A stretch of DNA of 64,000 nucleotides from a bacterium (GCA_963675295.2 CAXXKJ010000002.1:576001-640000), one strand, 5' to 3'; positions 46,039 to 56,182 are shown, counted from the first letter of the stretch. Numbers and translations: made by a program. The notes: generated by a model not told the origin, from the letters alone.

Positions 46039-47805
46039 ATGGATCAAGAGAGTGTCTGGTCGGGCCAGGCGGTGGCTCCGGGCATTGGCCTGGGACCGGC
46101 GTTTTTGCTCCGGCGTGAACGGAAAACGGTTCAGCGCAGCGAGATAACGGATATCGAGCTTGAGCTGGCCCGGTTGGACAAGGCAATCGAGCGTGCACGG
46201 GCGATGCTTGAGTTGCACCGGGAGCGTGCGGCCCGGCGTTTCGGGGACGTTGTCGCCCGCATTTTCGACACCCACCTGATGATTCTCGAAGACGAACCGG
46301 CGTTTGATGAGATCCGTGAATTGATTCGCACCGAAAGCGTTTCAGCACAGTTTGCCGCGTTCAAGATCCTCGACAATTACGCCCGCCATTTCGACAAGCA
46401 GGAAGACACGTATTTTCGGGATCGCGCGCAGGATGTGCGGGATGTCTGCCGCCGTCTGGTGGGGCAGCTCGACGGCGAGGACGACCACGTGTTGTCGGAC
46501 ATTCCGGACGAACCGTGCGTGCTGCTCGCTGCGGAATTGAATCCGACCGATATTCTCCGTTTGCCGCAGGATCAGATCATCGCGGTGGCGACAGATGCCG
46601 GCGGCGCGACCAGCCACACGGCGATTTTGACACGCACATTGGGCGTGCCGAGTGTTGTCGGATTGCGGAACATCACGTCGTCGGTGCGGCGTGGCGACAC
46701 GGTCGTCATCAACGGCAATTCCGGCAAGGTGGTGTTGCACCCTGACGCCGAACAGTTGACCAGGTATGAACAGAAACATCGTGAGTACAAGGAGTTTGTA
46801 AAATCCCTTGAGGATATACGTGACCAGCGTGCGGTAACCACAGACGGTCACTCCGTTTTACTCAACAGTAACATCGAGATGCCGTCCGAGGCGGCGGCGG
46901 TGATCCGTAACGGGTCGGACGGTGTTGGCTTGTTCCGCACCGAATACCTCGTGCTGACCCACGGCGGCCTGCCCGATGAGGAGATGCAGTACAACGCGTA
47001 CCGGGATGTAATCAACGCGTTGGACGGGCGGCCGATTACGTTTCGCACGTTCGATCTCGGCGGCGACAAGGCGTTCCCGGGCGCGGGCATTCCGGTGGAG
47101 AACAACCCGTTCCTCGGCTGGCGCGCGATCCGTGTCGGGCTTGATCGTCCCGAGATGATGAAGCCGCAGTTGCGGGCGATTTTGCGCGCGGCAGTGCATG
47201 GTCCGGCGAAGCTGATGTTCCCGATGATCAGTACGCTGGAGGAGTTGCACCAGGCGAAGGACGTATTGCAGGACGTGATCGCCGAACTCGAGGCGGAGGG
47301 CATCGACTACAGCCGTGAGGTTCCGGTCGGGATGATGGTCGAGGTGCCGTCGTCGGCGTTGCTGGCGTCCCGTTTCGCGCCGCATGTGGATTTCTTCTCC
47401 ATCGGTACGAACGATCTGGTGCAGTTCACGATGGCGGTGGACCGTGGCAACGAACAGGTCGCGGGGTTGCATCAACCGTTCAATCCAGCGGTGCTGAACC
47501 TGATCCGGATGACGGTTGACGCCGCCCGGATGGCGCAGATTCCGGTGTCGATGTGTGGTGAGATGGCCGGGCAGCCGCTGGGCACCTTGTTGTTGCTGGG
47601 CCTCGGGTTGGATGAATTGTCGACCAGTCCGTCGCTGGTGCCGGAGGTGAAGAAGCTGGTGATTTCGTCAACGTTGGCGGAAGCGCGCAAGTTGGCGGAA
47701 GAGTCGTTACGGTTGGACACGGCACCGCAGGTACGCGCGCACCTGCTGGAGTACATGAAGTCCCGGTTCAAGAACCTTCCGATTTGGTTTGAACCGGGGA
47801 CGTGA
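46039..47805 (+). CDS. ptsI: PEP-protein phosphotransferase, enzyme I
   Basis: GGATSHTAIL phospho-His, GVGLFRTE, RTFDLGGDK, NPFLGWRAIR, SIGTNDL, CGEMAG. Confidence 0.97.
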   Translation: MDQESVWSGQAVAPGIGLGPAFLLRRERKTVQRSEITDIELELARLDKAIERARAMLELHRERAARRFGDVVARIFDTHLMILEDEPAFDEIRELIRTESVSAQFAAFKILDNYARHFDKQEDTYFRDRAQDVRDVCRRLVGQLDGEDDHVLSDIPDEPCVLLAAELNPTDILRLPQDQIIAVATDAGGATSHTAILTRTLGVPSVVGLRNITSSVRRGDTVVINGNSGKVVLHPDAEQLTRYEQKHREYKEFVKSLEDIRDQRAVTTDGHSVLLNSNIEMPSEAAAVIRNGSDGVGLFRTEYLVLTHGGLPDEEMQYNAYRDVINALDGRPITFRTFDLGGDKAFPGAGIPVENNPFLGWRAIRVGLDRPEMMKPQLRAILRAAVHGPAKLMFPMISTLEELHQAKDVLQDVIAELEAEGIDYSREVPVGMMVEVPSSALLASRFAPHVDFFSIGTNDLVQFTMAVDRGNEQVAGLHQPFNPAVLNLIRMTVDAARMAQIPVSMCGEMAGQPLGTLLLLGLGLDELSTSPSLVPEVKKLVISSTLAEARKLAEESLRLDTAPQVRAHLLEYMKSRFKNLPIWFEPGT

Positions 47806-47833
47806 TCTGACGGAAGATCCCGAAGTCGGTTGA

Positions 47834-47861
47834 TCCGCGTCCGCAAGCGGACACGGGCACG
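47834..47861 (+). repeat. REP-like hairpin repeat, family A (intergenic copy)
   Basis: TCCGCGTCCGCAAGCGGACACGGGCACG. Confidence 0.85.
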
Positions 47862-47943
47862 TTGCACCAACCCGGACACCCCTTCCGGGGCATGAGTATT
47901 GCGAACGATTGATTCATCATCATCATACAGTGGAGGTTCATCC

Positions 47944-49089
47944 ATGGCAGGCTTTGTCTTCAGCAGTGAGTCGGTGACCGAGGGTCATCCGGACAAAGTC
48001 GCGGACCAGATCAGCGATGCCATCCTCGATGCGATCCTCGCGGAGGATCCGTTCGGGCGTGTGGCGGCGGAAACGTTCGTGAACACCGGCCTTTGCATGG
48101 TCGGCGGTGAGATTACCACCGAAACGTATGTCGACATCCCGACGATTGTGCGTGACGTGATCCGGGACATCGGCTACATCCATTCCGATATCGGTTTTGA
48201 TGCGGACACTTGCAGCGTGCTGACATCTATCGACCAGCAGGCGACCGATATCGCGCTGGGCGTGGACCGTGCCGGTGCGGGCGACCAGGGGATGATGTTC
48301 GGCTTCGCGTGCAAGGAGACGAAAGAGCTGATGCCGATGCCGATATCGCTGGCGCATCAGTTGACGAAAAAGCTTGCCGAAGTGCGCAAGGCGGGTGAGT
48401 TGGAGTGGTTGCGTCCGGATGGTAAGGCGCAGGTATCGATCCGGTACGAGGACGACAAGCCGGTGGAGATCACGACGGTCGTGCTGTCGACGCAGCACTC
48501 GCCGGACGTCAGCCTCAGCGACGTGCAGGACGGGGTCTGGGAGAAGGTGATCAAGCCGGTTCTGCCGAAGGACATGTACGACGAGAAGAAGCTGATCAAG
48601 CACATCAACCCGACCGGACGTTTCGTGCAGGGTGGTCCGAAGGCGGACGCCGGGCTGACCGGGCGCAAGATCATCGTCGACACGTACGGCGGCTACGCTC
48701 CCCATGGCGGCGGGGCATTCAGCGGCAAAGACCCGACAAAGGTCGACCGGTCCGGCGCGTACATCTCGCGCTACGCGGCGAAGAACGTTGTTGCGGCGGG
48801 CCTGGCGGATCGTTGCATGATCCAAGTCGCGTACGCCATCGGTGTCCGTGAACCAGTCAGCTTGTACGTCAACACGTACGGCACGGGCAAGCTGGACGAC
48901 GAGAAGATTTCGGAGCTGCTGCGGGAATCCATCGACTGGACCCCGGCGGGTGCGATCGATGTGCTGAACCTGCGGCGTCCGATTTATCGGCGCACGGCAA
49001 CGTACGGGCACTACGGCCGCGAGGAGGAAGGGTTCCCTTGGGAGGACACCAGCGCGCTTGCGCCGGTGCTCAAGAAAGCCGTAAAGTAG
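47944..49089 (+). CDS. metK: S-adenosylmethionine synthetase
   Basis: [40 protein letters not shown]. Confidence 0.99.
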   Translation: MAGFVFSSESVTEGHPDKVADQISDAILDAILAEDPFGRVAAETFVNTGLCMVGGEITTETYVDIPTIVRDVIRDIGYIHSDIGFDADTCSVLTSIDQQATDIALGVDRAGAGDQGMMFGFACKETKELMPMPISLAHQLTKKLAEVRKAGELEWLRPDGKAQVSIRYEDDKPVEITTVVLSTQHSPDVSLSDVQDGVWEKVIKPVLPKDMYDEKKLIKHINPTGRFVQGGPKADAGLTGRKIIVDTYGGYAPHGGGAFSGKDPTKVDRSGAYISRYAAKNVVAAGLADRCMIQVAYAIGVREPVSLYVNTYGTGKLDDEKISELLRESIDWTPAGAIDVLNLRRPIYRRTATYGHYGREEEGFPWEDTSALAPVLKKAVK

Positions 49090-49168
49090 CATCGAAAGCA
49101 TAATTACTGTTGTCTAGGGCAACAGTTCTTGGTATTTTTGGCAGTGGTACGTACGAGGAAACCAATTC

Positions 49169-50437
49169 GTGAAACCAAACGAATGCGATATTCGCAGTCT
49201 TGACCTGGCGGATGAGGGTTTGCGCCGGATCCGCTGGGCAGACAACAACATGCCGGTTCTCGCGCAGATCCGGGAAGAGTTTCGTGAGACGCAGCCGTTG
49301 CGTGGCGTGCGCATGAGCGCGTGCCTGCATGTGACGGCGGAAACGGCGAACCTGGTTCGCACGTTGCAGGCCGGCGGCGCGGACGTGGTGTTGTGCGCGT
49401 CGAATCCGTTGTCGACGCAGGACGACGTCGCGGCGAGCCTGGTTCGTGACTTTGACATCCGTGTGTACGCGATTCACGGCGCGAACAACGAAGAGTATTA
49501 CTCGCATCTGAACGCTGCAGCGCAGCACAAGCCGCACGTGACGATGGATGACGGTTGTGACCTGGTCACGTTGATCCATGAGAAGTACAAGGATCAGATC
49601 GGTGACATGATCGGCTCGCTGGAGGAGACCACGACGGGCGTGATTCGCTTGCGTGCGATGGAAAAAAGCGGCGCTCTCCAGTTGCCTGTGATCGCGGTCA
49701 ACGACGCGAAGACAAAAAATATGTTTGATAACAGGTACGGAACGGGCCAGTCTACGGTGGACGGCATCATCCGTGCCACAGACATCCTGCTTGCGGGCAA
49801 GAACGTGGTCACCATTGGCTACGGCTGGTGCGGACGCGGCTTCGCGAACCGTTGTCGCGGGATGGGTTCGAACGTGATCGTTACCGAGATCGACCCGGTC
49901 AAGGCGCTGGAAGCGGCGATGGACGGGTTCCGTGTGATGCAGATGGAAGAGGCTGCCGGGATCGGCGACCTGTTCTGCACCTTGACCGGCAACAAGCATG
50001 TGATTCGCGGCGAGCACTTCGCGAAGATGAAGGACGGCGCGATTGTCGCAAACAGCGGTCACTTTGACGTTGAGATCGACATTCCGGCGTTGAACGATCT
50101 TGCGAAGTCGGTTCAACGTGGTGTTCGTGAGAATGTGGACGAATACCAGCTGGAGTCCGGCAACCGCATTTTCCTGCTGGCGGAAGGCCGTCTCATCAAC
50201 CTCGCGGCGGCGGAAGGTCACCCGGCGAGCGTGATGGACATGAGCTTTGCGACGCAGGCGTTGGCGAGTTCGTACATCTCGGGCGCGGGCAAGGATCTGG
50301 ATCAGAAGGTGTACGATCCACCGGCGGAAATCGAAGACCGTGTCGCACGGTTGAAGCTGAACGCGATGGGTCTGAAGGTTGACAAGTTAACGGAAGAGCA
50401 GATAGCCTACCTCTCAGACTGGCAGGAAGGCACGTGA
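49169..50437 (+). CDS. ahcY: Adenosylhomocysteinase
   Basis: [54 protein letters not shown]; GTG start with GAGGA RBS. Confidence 0.98.
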   Translation: MKPNECDIRSLDLADEGLRRIRWADNNMPVLAQIREEFRETQPLRGVRMSACLHVTAETANLVRTLQAGGADVVLCASNPLSTQDDVAASLVRDFDIRVYAIHGANNEEYYSHLNAAAQHKPHVTMDDGCDLVTLIHEKYKDQIGDMIGSLEETTTGVIRLRAMEKSGALQLPVIAVNDAKTKNMFDNRYGTGQSTVDGIIRATDILLAGKNVVTIGYGWCGRGFANRCRGMGSNVIVTEIDPVKALEAAMDGFRVMQMEEAAGIGDLFCTLTGNKHVIRGEHFAKMKDGAIVANSGHFDVEIDIPALNDLAKSVQRGVRENVDEYQLESGNRIFLLAEGRLINLAAAEGHPASVMDMSFATQALASSYISGAGKDLDQKVYDPPAEIEDRVARLKLNAMGLKVDKLTEEQIAYLSDWQEGT

Positions 50438-50531
50438 TAGGTCCCTTGCTTGTCGGGGCCGCAACAGAGTGAGTGATGTGAACCGGCCACGCGGTGGCCG
50501 GTTCACTCACATCCAGACGGAGGAATCGCAT

Positions 50532-52760
50532 ATGGCGCCGGCGAACCAGACGCCACGTAGTCAAAAGTGGTGGTCTCTGGCGGTCGTGGTCGTGCTCGGA
50601 TTGACCATGCTACGCTGTTCCTTACCCACCGACCTGGGGGCTCCCGAATGGGATATCCCCTTCTCCGTTGCGTTCAGCACCGAACGCTATGGAATCAACG
50701 ATTTGCTTGATTCAACCTCTCTGGCTGACAGTGGATACGCGTTTACCGAGGGTGAAGACGGCGTCCTGACGTTCATTGTTGCGGATACCCTGGACAGCGT
50801 GCTTGTCGATCGCGACGACATGTTCCTTGGGGATCATGAGTCCGTTGTTTTCGACGTTCCCACAGACACGATCGTCATCCCGTTCTCGGATGAGCTGGAT
50901 GAATCGTACACGCTGGACGACATGTTCACCACGCTTGGCTTCCCGACGAACTACAATGACGGGGACCAGGTGCCGCTGCCGCCGGGCGGTGGGACGTGGA
51001 ATCTCGTTGGTAATGAGGGCGGTGATGTCGAATTCGATCAGCTCGATTCGATGAAGTACGCGCATATCATCGAGGGTGAAATTCAGTTGGTGATGGAAAA
51101 CAACACCGACATCGAATTTGATGATTTGCAGGTTACGGTGATGCGTGAACGGATTCACGAGCCGGGTGTGTTTGTGCCGCTTACCGTGTTCGAATACGGC
51201 CAGGTGAGTCCGAATGATCTGATGCCGATGTCGTATTTCATGTATGACGACACGCTGACGGCGCGGCTGCGGATGAAGTTTACGGCGAACGGGCAGGAAC
51301 AGACGATCACCGCGAACCACGCGGACGCGCTCAACTTCACGCTGATCGTGGACACGTTGCATGCAGACTACGCCGAAGCGGTGATCGCCCGTCAGAAACC
51401 GCAGACCCGCAGCGAGATCATTTACCTGAACAATGATCTGTGGATCAAGCGCGCGATTGTTGACTCGGGATACGTGTTTTACAGCGTGGTTAACGAGACG
51501 GATGTGAACACGATCATCACGTTGACCTTCCCGCGCGTTTTCCGGGATGATGGCGATGTTCCGTACGACACGACGTTTGAGATGTCTCGAACCCGTCCGG
51601 GCGAAGATCCGCAGACTGCCGAGGGTACGATCAATATCGAGGGGATGCGGGTGCGGTACCCGTCCATTCCTGAAACTCCAGGAACGAACCAGGAATTCAA
51701 CGTTCAGACCACGGTAACGATCCTCAGTTCCGGTGAGATCTCGCCCGGTGTGCCGGATACCTCGGTGATTGCGGTCGGCAACTCGGTGGTGAGCACGTTC
51801 CAGCTGAGCGATCTTGTGTTGAGCACGGCGGAAGGTGTGTTCCGTGACTACGAATACGACATCACGGAAGAAGTTGTTGAGATTACGCAGTTCGAGGATG
51901 AGGAACAGCTGCAACAAGACCTGGCAAACAACCTGTCGTTGCGGAATGCGGACCTGATTCTCGACATGCAGAACAACATCGAAGCGCCGATGGAGTTGAC
52001 GCTGAACATCAAGGCGTCCAACGCCGCGGCATTTCTGAAGGCGGAAACGACCGTGGTCCGCAACCTCGGCCGCCGGCAGGAACGGATGGTGATCACCGAC
52101 ATCTCAAACATCCTCAACATCTTGCCGGATGAAGTTGCGATTACCGGCACGGTGCGCACCGGCTACGAGGTGTTTGGCGTGCCGGATACGGCGTACGCGT
52201 TGAATCTGTACGACTACATCGTGCCCGCGTTCAAGCTGGAGGCACCGATCTCCTATGTGATGTCGGATGATACTCCGTTGCGCCCTCCGGTTCAGATGTT
52301 TGAGGAACCGATCAACCCGGACATCAAGGAATTCAGTTTGTACGCGATCGTGGAAAACGCAATGCCGGTTGGCGGTTACCTGTACCTGATGGCGGGCAAG
52401 TTCGGGAGCGAGGAAGAGGCGGAGCAGAAGCTGAAGCTCGGGGAAAAAATCGGGGAAAGCTTTCTAGGCTTTGACACATACGGGATGACCTTCATCGAAG
52501 GCGGTGAGGCACCTGCGCCGATGTACATCAACCCACCTGCGGTGGATGATAACGGCCGGCCGATCGGGACCTATGTGGATACGTTATTCTCCCGCATCCC
52601 GACCTCACGGATGAAGGTGTTTGCCAAGGACAGCGTGTACACCCGGCAGGTGCTGCTACTGGAGGCCACAGACACGACCGGAGTTGTGGTCAACGTGGAG
52701 GACTACCTCGACGTATCGGTAATTGGCGAAGTACTGTTCAAGATCAACGGTGATGACTGA
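50532..52760 (+). CDS. Large acidic beta-rich lipoprotein of unknown function
   Basis: GGAGG RBS, hydrophobic stretch ending LTMLRC, P-x-W after the Cys; adjacent to a barrel gene. Confidence 0.75.
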   Translation: MAPANQTPRSQKWWSLAVVVVLGLTMLRCSLPTDLGAPEWDIPFSVAFSTERYGINDLLDSTSLADSGYAFTEGEDGVLTFIVADTLDSVLVDRDDMFLGDHESVVFDVPTDTIVIPFSDELDESYTLDDMFTTLGFPTNYNDGDQVPLPPGGGTWNLVGNEGGDVEFDQLDSMKYAHIIEGEIQLVMENNTDIEFDDLQVTVMRERIHEPGVFVPLTVFEYGQVSPNDLMPMSYFMYDDTLTARLRMKFTANGQEQTITANHADALNFTLIVDTLHADYAEAVIARQKPQTRSEIIYLNNDLWIKRAIVDSGYVFYSVVNETDVNTIITLTFPRVFRDDGDVPYDTTFEMSRTRPGEDPQTAEGTINIEGMRVRYPSIPETPGTNQEFNVQTTVTILSSGEISPGVPDTSVIAVGNSVVSTFQLSDLVLSTAEGVFRDYEYDITEEVVEITQFEDEEQLQQDLANNLSLRNADLILDMQNNIEAPMELTLNIKASNAAAFLKAETTVVRNLGRRQERMVITDISNILNILPDEVAITGTVRTGYEVFGVPDTAYALNLYDYIVPAFKLEAPISYVMSDDTPLRPPVQMFEEPINPDIKEFSLYAIVENAMPVGGYLYLMAGKFGSEEEAEQKLKLGEKIGESFLGFDTYGMTFIEGGEAPAPMYINPPAVDDNGRPIGTYVDTLFSRIPTSRMKVFAKDSVYTRQVLLLEATDTTGVVVNVEDYLDVSVIGEVLFKINGDD

Positions 52761-52776
52761 GCCGGAGGACGGAACG

Positions 52777-54210
52777 ATGACAACACGCAAGAAGATCTTC
52801 GTGCTGGCGTTCGCCGTTCTCGCCGGCCTGACTAGTTGGGGGACAACGTACGCGATGCACCCGGTGCAGGCGCGGGACGTGTCCATGGGCATGACCTCGG
52901 CGGCGGACGCGATCGGTGTCCGGGTCGTCGGGCTGAACCCGGCGTTTCTCGCCTTCAAGGATCAGCCGAAGGTGACGGTCTCCATTCCGATCATCAACTT
53001 CGGGTTCCGGTTCGGCAACAACGCCTATTCGAACAAGGACGTGTTTGATTACTTCCGCAGTGACATGTACTGGACGGATGATATCAAGCAGATCCTCGCG
53101 GACAAGGTGGATCAGGACAAGTTAAACTTCAACACGGACTGGTACGCCCGCTTTATCGGATTCAGCTTTCCGACGCAGTACCTGACGATGGCGTTCACCT
53201 ACGACATGGGCATGGGCATCGACGCGGATTTGGATGACGAATTTACCGACCTCGCGTTGATGGGCAATCCGGTCGAGAATCTGGGCGAATTGAAGGAATT
53301 CTCCGAGACGGACATGTCCGGGGTATGGTTGTCGCGGCTTGGCTTCACCTTCGCCAAGAACTTCAACTACGCCGAGGAAGTGGACTGGTTGGAAGAGCTG
53401 ACCGCTGGCGTCACCTTCAATTACTTCCTCGGGCACGCCTTCGCCGACGTTGACGAATTCGAAGGTTCCTTCCTCACCGATTACGACGGCACGCGCTCCT
53501 ACGCCTACTTCGAAGTCGTCGGTGCCGGCCAGTTGAGCGGCAACGAAGAGGACGACTTCTATTCGGACAAGTTCATCGCGGGGAACGGTGTCGGTGTTGA
53601 CCTCGGGATCGGAATGAAGCTGCTGGAGGGACGGGCGACCGCCGGCTTGAGCATCATCAACCTGATCAACCAGATGACGTGGGATGAGGGCAAGCGCGCG
53701 GTGTATGCGATGGACCTTGACGGGCTTCCGTTAAGCGGCATGAACGACGAGAACTACTGGGAAGACAACTTTAATCCGGTGGACTCGCTGTACGCGGAAA
53801 CGGAGAACCTGAAGACCGAGCTGCCACGTCTGATCAAGCTGAACGGCGCCTATGTGCTCAATGAGCGGATCACGCTTACGGGCGGGATGACAGCCCAGAC
53901 CAACGACGTGATCGGCGCGGATGCGTTCCTGCGTGCCGGGTTGGGTATCCAGCACTATACGCTCGACTGGTTGAACCTGCGCGGCGGGGCGAGTGTCGGC
54001 GGACGTTCTGGCCTGGCGTTCGGCCTCGGATTCGGCCTCCGATACGGCTTCTGGCAGACCGATTTCGGCATGGGTTGGGAGCACGGGATGTTCGACTTCG
54101 CCAAGGGCATGCGTTTCGGCATCAGCTCGATCTTTGTCTTCGACCAGCTCGACCTGTACGGCATTCATGGCGATTACGACGAGGAAGCCGGCGACAACAC
54201 GTTGGAGTAG
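52777..54210 (+). CDS. Outer-membrane beta-barrel, DUF5723/FadL-like
   Basis: Signal peptide, ARDVSMG..LNPAFL plug-like motif, GNGVGVDLG, alternating aromatic/Gly strands (LRGG..FGLGFG). Confidence 0.75.
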   Translation: MTTRKKIFVLAFAVLAGLTSWGTTYAMHPVQARDVSMGMTSAADAIGVRVVGLNPAFLAFKDQPKVTVSIPIINFGFRFGNNAYSNKDVFDYFRSDMYWTDDIKQILADKVDQDKLNFNTDWYARFIGFSFPTQYLTMAFTYDMGMGIDADLDDEFTDLALMGNPVENLGELKEFSETDMSGVWLSRLGFTFAKNFNYAEEVDWLEELTAGVTFNYFLGHAFADVDEFEGSFLTDYDGTRSYAYFEVVGAGQLSGNEEDDFYSDKFIAGNGVGVDLGIGMKLLEGRATAGLSIINLINQMTWDEGKRAVYAMDLDGLPLSGMNDENYWEDNFNPVDSLYAETENLKTELPRLIKLNGAYVLNERITLTGGMTAQTNDVIGADAFLRAGLGIQHYTLDWLNLRGGASVGGRSGLAFGLGFGLRYGFWQTDFGMGWEHGMFDFAKGMRFGISSIFVFDQLDLYGIHGDYDEEAGDNTLE

Positions 54211-54419
54211 ACTACGGACTACGGACCGCGGAATGCAGTCAGCGGACCAGGGCCGGCAGAGTCTAGATTGGCGACTACTACACTTCGATTTGCGGACGAT
54301 TGTCCGCCTTGACCCGGCGACACCCGTTGCCGGGTTTCTCTGTCAGTCACAGGTTGACGTTCGCGAATTGACCACGGGTCGCGCAGGGTTGCGGGTACGT
54401 GTCGACTGGTGGCCGATGT

Positions 54420-54557
54420 GTCATTCCTCACGGAACGAAGAGACGTGAGGAAGAGCCCGCTTCGAGGAAGCCGGCGACTTCGACCAGGATGAATCAAGAG
54501 CGAACCCGCTGGCAAGCTGGCTCTTCCTCAGCCGCATACACGGGGCTGAGGAATGAC
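54420..54557. repeat. Nested inverted-repeat element (GTCATTCC...GGAATGAC type)
   Basis: GTCATTCCTCA..TGAGGAAGAGCC...GGCTCTTCCTCA..TGAGGAATGAC. Confidence 0.8.
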
Positions 54558-54629
54558 GTGCATCGTAGTCTCCGCCGGTTGATCACCATCTCCGGACGTT
54601 GCCAACGGCCGCCCGCAGCCCGCAGGTCT

Positions 54630-54670
54630 CCATGATACCCGACTTGGCCAAAACCATCCAGTCGGGCCAC
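54630..54670 (+). repeat. Family-B REP-like hairpin
   Basis: CCATGATACCCGACTTGGCCAAAACCATCCAGTCGGGCCAC. Confidence 0.8.
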
Positions 54671-54896
54671 ACCGGGTCGCCGCCCGCAGCCCCCCGATCC
54701 CGAACCGCCGAGAGACGAGGAACGAGAGCCCAGAGACGAGTGAAGAGTCCACCCGCGGTTTGTGTGGTTGAAATCAACCAATTGGTTCGTATCGACCACG
54801 TCAATCCAGCCACTGGTTGATATCGCTCACGGCGGGTAGGAGGGGAGAGTATAGCTAAGATTGGATATAGAAGTGAGTTAAGGAATGAGAAGAAAA

Positions 54897-54913
54897 CTGG
54901 CACGCGGCTTGTA
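54897..54913 (+). promoter_or_regulatory. Sigma54-type promoter (variant -12)
   Basis: CTGGCACGCGGCTTGTA: consensus TGGCACG -24 box, TTGT at -12; ~65 nt before ATG 54978. Confidence 0.55.
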
Positions 54914-54977
54914 AATGAAGTAGGCGAACAGCGACAGACAGGCGATCAGGGACAAGACAGGAAGGGGAGGACGACAG

Positions 54978-55172
54978 ATGGAGCAGCGGCAGTTTCTGGC
55001 AATCGTCCTCGCCGTGATCTTGTTCGGAATTTCAGTCGCCATGGGTGTGAACGTCGTGATTGACGGAATAGACGCAAACGCCCGGCACCAGATGAGTCAG
55101 TCGCAGGAAGTCAGTTTGAACTTTGAAAACAATCTCGTCACCTGGAACACCTTCCCACACATGCAAATGTGA
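54978..55172 (+). CDS. Small protein with a pilin-like hydrophobic N-terminus
   Basis: GGAGG RBS; MEQRQFLAIVLAVILFGISVAMG. Confidence 0.65.
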   Translation: MEQRQFLAIVLAVILFGISVAMGVNVVIDGIDANARHQMSQSQEVSLNFENNLVTWNTFPHMQM

Positions 55173-55724
55173 GTTTCTTGTGGCGCATCCTCCTCCTAGG
55201 GGCTGAGGCCTGAGCAACCTGGCCCCTGATTTGATGGCAACCTGCCGGTGACGGCAGTGACCATAAAGCAGTACCGCAGGACCTTGACAAGCGATGAGAG
55301 AGCAGAATGGGCGGCCGAGCGTCGCTCCCTCGCCCATGTCTCAACCCCCATTCCATGCCCCGGCGTCGACCGCCCCTTTTGTTCTCTCAATCACACGCCC
55401 AGCCCAATCAGCTGGGCGTTTTGTTTCTGCACAGGTTTTGATTTATGAGGTCACTCGATGAGTGGTTTCGCCTGGATCAAGTGGATGTTATGCGCGAGTC
55501 TGGACGTTGCGGTCCCGGGCTGGCGCACCCTTCACCGTGAAACCGCCGGGTCCGATGGTTGGCGGCCTGGTCACCGGGTGATCACGGTCTTCCCCTCTCT
55601 CCACTCTCTTCTTGCAGCAGTACGGCATGTCATCCGCATGACAGAGGATTGGCTTTGGGGTGAACAGCAACGGGCTGTAGTGTGTCCGGTACGGACGTCC
55701 GGTACAGACCCGTTGGGGAGATGC

Positions 55725-55889
55725 ATGATGAACCGCAATAGTACAGCTCCACCGGCGTTGAACTACCTGTTGTTTCTGGTGGTCTTGTTGTTGGTCGGCT
55801 TCCTGCTTGTCTGTGTTCCGACAGAGGTATTCTCGCAGGAAGTGGCAGTACAATCGGCCAATGACTGGGTGTCTGTGTTGATTGGCTAG
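55725..55889 (+). CDS. Small single-TM or signal-peptide protein (54 aa)
   Basis: GGGGAG RBS; MMNRNSTAPPALNYLLFLVVLLLVGFLLVCVPTEVFSQ. Confidence 0.5.
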   Translation: MMNRNSTAPPALNYLLFLVVLLLVGFLLVCVPTEVFSQEVAVQSANDWVSVLIG

Positions 55890-56131
55890 TGCTGATTGAC
55901 ACGATCCTGATCGACGGATCGAAGTACCGCGATCACCAGAAGTTACGCCATTGGAAAGTTTGAAAACGACCGAATCGGGAAAGAGGAGAACTCTGAGATA
56001 AAGGCAGGATATACAAAAAACAACAAATTCGGAATCGTTCCGGATGATCGCAGAAGACGAGAAATGCCACGGACTTAGGCCCGTGGCAGAATTTTTAGTA
56101 GGCGCTTACTCCAGCCTCTTCACCCAGAAAA

Positions 56132-56176
56132 CCTCACACCTCACACCTCACGCCTCATACCTCGCATCTCATACCT
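56132..56176 (-). repeat. Heptamer tandem tract just after the cpoB stop
   Basis: cctcaca cctcaca cctcacg cctcata cctcgca tctcata cct. Confidence 0.8.
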
Positions 56177-56182
56177 GCCTTT

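Noticed and set aside
47806-47943. SAM riboswitch upstream of metK
   Set aside because: No SAM-I (ATC.AGAG...GAT) or SAM-II core recognisable; the visible hairpin is a family-A repeat.
49090-49168. SAH riboswitch upstream of ahcY
   Set aside because: Only a simple ACTGTTGTC/GGCAACAGT hairpin; the GAGGAGCG..GC..AGGCTC core is absent.
18476-50221. Long antisense ORFs (e.g. 18476-19969, 28534-29832, 29270-30916, 42631-43824, 47938-49101, 49070-50221)
   Set aside because: They lie opposite clearly recognisable genes; shadow ORFs are expected from high-GC3 codon usage and they show no protein motifs.
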